Assembly: GCF_021028975.2 (NCBI RefSeq)
Contig: NC_059437.1
Location: forward strand, 57,536,001-57,600,000
Source: Sphaerodactylus townsendi
Lineage: Eukaryota
Direction of reading: 5' to 3'
DNA length: 64,000 bases
Shown here: positions 58,681 through 64,000 of the stretch, piece after piece
How the letters are laid out: each line of letters starts with the position of its first letter
How positions within the stretch are numbered: the first letter of the stretch is position 1
Translations under genes and position numbers: made by a program
The notes under the pieces: model-generated
Database searches by the model: none
What the model was told of the DNA's origin: nothing
What the model saw: the letters and a program-made list of their open reading frames with translations, nothing else

Positions 58681-60664
58681 AGAGAAGAAGCTGAAAGAGA
58701 CGAAGCTGAATTAGCTAGCCAGGTGCCTTTTCATTTGCCTTTCTTGGTATTTTGCCCAGAGCTACCTGTCTACTGACTGTGCTCAGTTGTCTGGGTTTTT
58801 GAGGATTTTATGTCGAGTTATGGAAAATTTATTTTACTCATAATCGTTGACTGTGAACTGACGACATGGAATCCCACCAGCATTTAGGCCGACTGCTTTA
58901 TTTACAATGAGCAAACTATGCTGGTTTTTAATAGCAACGCTGACTGAGAAGGAGGAAGAGAGAAGAGAGAGTAGGGAGGAAGGCTCAGCCCGGAGAGCCT
59001 CTGACTCACCCCCCCACCCCTCCAACCCCCCCCCCCCCCAGCTTCCAGTCAGGACTGGAAAAGAGTCAGGACAAGGAACTAAAGGAGAAGGGAATGGCAA
59101 CTCCAGGGACAGTGCATTTGGGTTAGTTTGGGGAGGGCAATTTTAAAAACTCAGCCAGAACCTCTTGGTTCTTGCAAGCACTGCAGGGCCTAACGGCCAA
59201 GAGGGGCAAGTCCTGGGGCAAGCAGCAGATTCCTCACTCAGCTCCAATGTGGGAGAAAGAGGGGAGGAAGCCCCCCGCCCCGCTTCACAAGGTCTTAACT
59301 GCTCCACGGGTGGTCCTCTTACAAGGAGACGGCGCGTCCAGTGAAACTCACCATCAGCAACTGAAACAGGAGATTCCGAACTGACCCAGAGAAATCCGTG
59401 GTCACACAAGGTGATGTAAAATTCCCTGGTGGAATTCACCCCGGCAAGATGTGTCCATTGAAACCAGAGTGACCGTCGCAGAGAAGGAGAGGGCGCTCTA
59501 TGCCCAGACAGCCTGTTCTCCAGCCAGGAGCTCCCGGCCAACCCCCAAGTTTGACCAACCCAGCCTGTTTTCCACGTCTTCTGCAGCCCAACATGAGACT
59601 CCTCAGCAGAACCAGGCCTGCACCAACCAGGGTTAGTGGTCTTGGGCACCCTCCTTTGCTGGGACGAGGCTCATTTCCTGATTTCCTCCCACCCAACATT
59701 CTGACTGCACCCCCAAACCACCCTTCTTGGCCAGTTCTCTCTCCACCCCCACCCCCCACTGCGGTCTTCGTCTGACACCCCCTCCCCAACAAGGAAACTT
59801 CTCCCCTTCCATTTTCTGATCAGGAAATGGCACTGCCCCTCCCCAAGCCCCCTTCCTGCTTTGCCCACGGGGTCTGCAAATGGGGTCTCGCTGTGGGGGA
59901 ATCAGCCGCAACAGCTCAAAGACCCTTCAGTCTTTGGGATCTGCGGTGGGGCCCAGGCTGCGAGCGGGAGGGTGCGTGTTTTGCGGCGGCCTTTCGCAAG
60001 CCTCACACTCACTCCAGAGTTTTTAATTATTGCTTGTGTTAATTATTATTACAGCTCCATATTATTACCGCTGGTGCAATGACAACATTTTTTCCCCAAA
60101 GTGTGCCGTGTCAGCTATGCAAGGAGGGGGCAGAATTAATCCTGGGGGTGAATTATCTTCATAGTCATTATTTCAATTATTCTTTCGTCATTAGGACATT
60201 TATTACAGTAATAATTACGTATCTCATATGCTCATTATTGTGAGATATATAGGAATAAGTCTGAATGAATACAGCAATTAAACGGATTGTGGCCCTGGCG
60301 GGGAGTCAAGAGGAGCCAGACGTGACTCCCTCTCGCGCTCGGCTTTAGTGATCCAGTCGCGCAGCCCCCCCTCTTACCTGCGCTCCGCCCCCCTCGTTCA
60401 GTGATCTTCCCGAAAATGTAAGCAGGTCCGAGACGCAGAATGCCGACTGGAGAGGCCTCTTGTTGGGACCTCTATGGAAGAGGCATGAGCCAGGAGGCCG
60501 AAGAAACTGTGGGAAAACACGATTCCTTCCCTCCTCCCCTGCACCAGTGGAACTGACTGCCACTGCCGCTTCTTCCTGCACAGCAACCACTGGGCCACCT
60601 CTGCAGAGGGCATCTGGCCCCAACCAAGACTGTTGGGGATAATTCTGCTGGCGTAAGTGTATCA

Positions 60665-60830
60665 TCCAGGCCAGCCCTGATCTCCTCAGGTCTCAGCAAC
60701 TCAGCAGGGTCGACCATGGCATGCATTTGGATGGGAAAGCCGACCTCCAAGGAAAACCAGGGGTGGGGGCGGGCAGTGGCAGATCATCTCTGTTGCCTTG
60801 AAAACCACGTTGGATGTGATTTGCCGTAGG
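60665..60830 (+). mobile_element. decayed 5S-rRNA-derived SINE
   Basis: gccctgatctcctcaggtctcagcaactcagcagggtcga...tttggatggga (5S-like head), then a ttgccttgaaaacc tail. Confidence 0.55.
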
Positions 60831-61920
60831 AAAAACATCGCTCTCCCCTGGTATCTCCTTGCTCTTCTGTAAGGGACCCTTGGGGTGCAGGCTGCCCTGG
60901 GAGGGACCCTTCCTCCAGGATTGAGGGCGTCTTAGCCCTCCTCTGAGGACCTCTGGGTAGCAGCATTCTCTTGTTCTGTTTAAATGTCACAACAACCTAT
61001 GACGAACCAACCGGACTCCCAGTCAGCTTCAAGGCAGAAGAGGAATTTGAGCCCAGTCTGATGTTCTAACCAGTACGCCCCAGTGAATAGCTGCCCTGTG
61101 TAGATCAGTCCTTGGGAACACCACAGAAGATGCAGATCCGTGCTGCCCTCTAGAAAGGAGGCCAGGGTTTTTGCAGATGCTCTTGGCCGGGTGCTGCAGG
61201 GTGCTCCCTTGTTTGAGTCTGAGGCTCCGCAGCTGCAGAAGTCAGTCCAGCAAGGGGCAGCATCTCAGACGCACATTTATTTTATTTATTTACAAAATGT
61301 GTATCCTGCTGTCCTGTTGCATTGCCCAGGTGGAGAGGGTGGCCTCAGGAAGGAATTTGCAGCCAGCTCAGACCCGGTCCTAATGAGGACTGAGGGCTTT
61401 GGCCAGAGGTTGGTTTTCAGAGCAGCCAGAATCCCTGCCCTGCACTGCATATTCCAGACGGGCAGCCATGTTAGCTGGCTGTAGCAAAACGAAGACCGCT
61501 ACGGGCAACTCTAAAGACGAACTATCTCTATTCCAGCAGGAGCTTTCATGTGTCAGATGTATGGATGGAAGGAACGCATTAAGTCCCCTCATCAATTTGT
61601 GGAAAATGATTTCCTTCCCGTAAACATCTGAAGCAGCAGGCTCTGGCAAGAAGTCCAGCTGGAATAAACGTTGTGGGCCTTTATGGGGTCGCTGGACTTC
61701 TCTTTTGTTTTGCTGTATGGGACATATCTGAGTGATGAGCTGGGGCCATTTATGGGTCTAATTTATGGGCAGAAATGTACCAGCTGGAAATTAGGACAAA
61801 GTTATTTACAGTAAGAGTTGTTTACCAGTGGAATGGGCTTCCCAGGGGGGTGGCGAGCTCCCCTTCACTGTCAACCTTTACGTAGGGACTGGATGCTCAC
61901 TGACCAGGGATGCTCTAGGT

Positions 61921-62068
61921 CAGGGGTAGGGAACCTGCGGCTCTCCAGATGTTCAGGAACTACAATTCCCATCAGCCCCTGTCAGCATGGCCAATTGGCC
62001 ATGCTGGCAGGGGCTGATGGGAATTGTAGTTCCTGAACATCTGGAGAGCCGCAGGTTCCCTACCCCTG
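61921..62068. mobile_element. palindromic hAT MITE (family B)
   Basis: Near-perfect 148-bp hairpin; TSD CTCTAGGT; sits in a CR1 3' tail. Confidence 0.9.
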
Positions 62069-64000
62069 CTCTAGGTTGATCCTACCTTGAGCCCGAGGGG
62101 GTTATTTATTTGTTTGATTATTTAGACTAGATGGCCTCTATGGCCCCTTCCAAATCTGCGATCCTATGATTCCATGTCTCTGTGTTATCTCCTGACTAGT
62201 ATACTGGTGAGGCAGATGAAAATGAAGTCAATTATATGTAGGTGTTTCAATAAGAGCCCGCTAGGAGCTGAAATGTATTGATTTGGGAACATAAAATTGG
62301 GGCTATCTTCATCCAGACAGAGGCAATATTTTGCCAGTTGTGTGCAGGGTGTTTTTTTAGAAAGGGCATTTTAATATAGTTTTAATACATTCTATTTAAT
62401 TGTTTCTAATTATATTACTGTTTTTAGCCACCATGGGTTCAAAGTTTGTTGGGAGATAGGTGATATTTTCAGTCAGTCAACCCAAAGCTTTTTGAATGTC
62501 AAACAGTAAGGATTACTTGCTTCCGGCATCATAGTCCCTGATTTTCTGCGTGAGTCTCTGCTCTGACCATGCTCTTAATTAGAAGTCAGGGACCAAACAG
62601 GACCCCTCACAACTGCTGTCTGGGCTGTGAGGACGAGGAATTTGCTGTGTCTGAATATCTGAAGGAGAGACGCAGCAGAACAGGGACTCGTGCAAAGAGA
62701 CAGTGGACAGCATCTCTTAAGAAGTTGCAATGGCGTTTATTTGCTGGATGTATTTCTCTCAGCATACACAGTTGTGGGAGTACCAGTCTAACCATGAACA
62801 TCTTTTTTGTCACAATCAGTTTTAAAGCAGCGAAAGGATGGGAGAGAAGGTGCCCCCTGCCCCCAGACCCAGCGGGTGCTGCTGGGGGTCTCCTCGCTCG
62901 GCTGGGGAGCCGCTGCCTGCCACATCGGGGACTCTCCACACGGGGTCCCCCTTCGCCTGCACTGGAGCTGCAGCCGTTCGTTCCCGGGGCAGCCTGCAGG
63001 CCGTTCATCACAGCTAGGCCCCTTCGTCCTTCCACAGACAGCACAGGAGAAAGTGCTTTTTCCCGGGGAGGGAGGGGAGCTCAGAGCCCCGCTGGCCGAA
63101 GAGTGTGACTGCTCCCCCCTGTCCAGTAATGGGCTCCCCACTCACTGCCTTCCTGTGTGGGGCCACATGCAGCAAGGCCAACCTCATTCACCTGGATCCC
63201 GACCTCAGCCATAAGTGCGGGTCTCCTCTGCCTATAGGAAGCCCCCCAACCGCCCCACCTCTTGCCCTCCCAGCCACTCGGCAGCACCCTGGGCTCATCC
63301 ATGCTGCCCTTGCCCCAGACACTGTTGCTCCCGGACAGCCCTTTGCTGTGGCCACTCCTACCCCTTCCCTCGCCAGCGGCAGCAGGCCACGTGGCCCTCT
63401 GTGCTCCTTGGGCTTGTCCCTGAGGCAGGCAAGTGACCCTGGACCAGAGGGAGATGGCTTGGCCCCAGGAGGCTCTTTCTGGGAAGCCCAGCCGAAGCTG
63501 CTCTCCCTGCCACGTCTGCCTGGCTCCCGAGTCGCTGCCTAGTGGCCGTCAGGACTGGGCCAGCTGTGGCTTCACTGTATATTCCAGCAGCAAGAGGAAG
63601 CAGGAGGAGGGGCCAGGAGCACACCTGTGCCGCCATTACTGCTGGGCCTTCCTTCTGCGCCAGGAGTCTGACCTTCACTGGAAGGCCTCTCTGTGCATGG
63701 GCAGAGTCAGTGCCTTCCACTTGGTCTTAGGTGAGAATCAGGATTTTGGCGCTTGTCCCAGCCACCGCTCCCACTGTGCAGATGCCGGGAAGTGCGCCTA
63801 TGTGCGCGCCACATGCTGGAGACCTGAGGTGCCGAAACCTCTGTCTTTCCCAAAGCCCGCCATGCCCCTTGGCCTGCTGGATAACGAGGCTGCCTGGTGA
63901 CGAGTCCCAAGTTGCTCCCGGCTCCTCCACGGAGGCACTGAACATGTTAGCAAAGCCAGGCCGGTCCTTTGCTCCTTTTTTGCATCGATGCATGCTAGAG

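Noticed and set aside
60665-60760. 5S rRNA-like sequence (also ~7060-7140 and ~45600-45660)
   Set aside because: Heavily diverged and joined to a retroposon tail, so SINE-derived
62569-63108. 179-aa ORF
   Set aside because: No recognisable domain or exon structure
56000-64000. MIAT/Gomafu lncRNA orthologue
   Set aside because: The position is plausible by synteny, but I saw no tandem TACTAAC array

Overview
GC-rich vertebrate genomic window. The repeat content points to a squamate, probably a gecko (inference): CR1, Penelope, tRNA- and 5S-derived SINEs and hAT MITEs. The left half carries the conserved block HPS4(-), SRRD(+), TFIP11(-), TPST2(-) in the same order and orientation as human chr22q12. 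SRRD (300 aa), TFIP11 (855 aa) and TPST2 (373 aa) can be fully spliced with GT-AG boundaries and consistent phases. HPS4 is 5'-partial, runs toward the window start, and shares a CpG-island promoter head-to-head with SRRD. The right half (32-64 kb) has no recognisable host protein gene. It holds a decayed Ty1/copia element (5' LTR, half-tRNAiMet PBS, gag-PR-preIN), a young two-LTR non-autonomous Gypsy-like element, and two related solo LTRs in inverted orientation. It also holds CR1 pieces, Penelope hairpins with hammerhead-ribozyme cores, palindromic hAT MITEs with 8-bp TSDs, a ~150-bp degenerate tandem array, many CNE-like AT-rich islands and one 204-N gap. The CRYBB1/CRYBA4 pair expected next to TPST2 by synteny is not visible. 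No CRISPR array and no true rRNA or tRNA genes were found.
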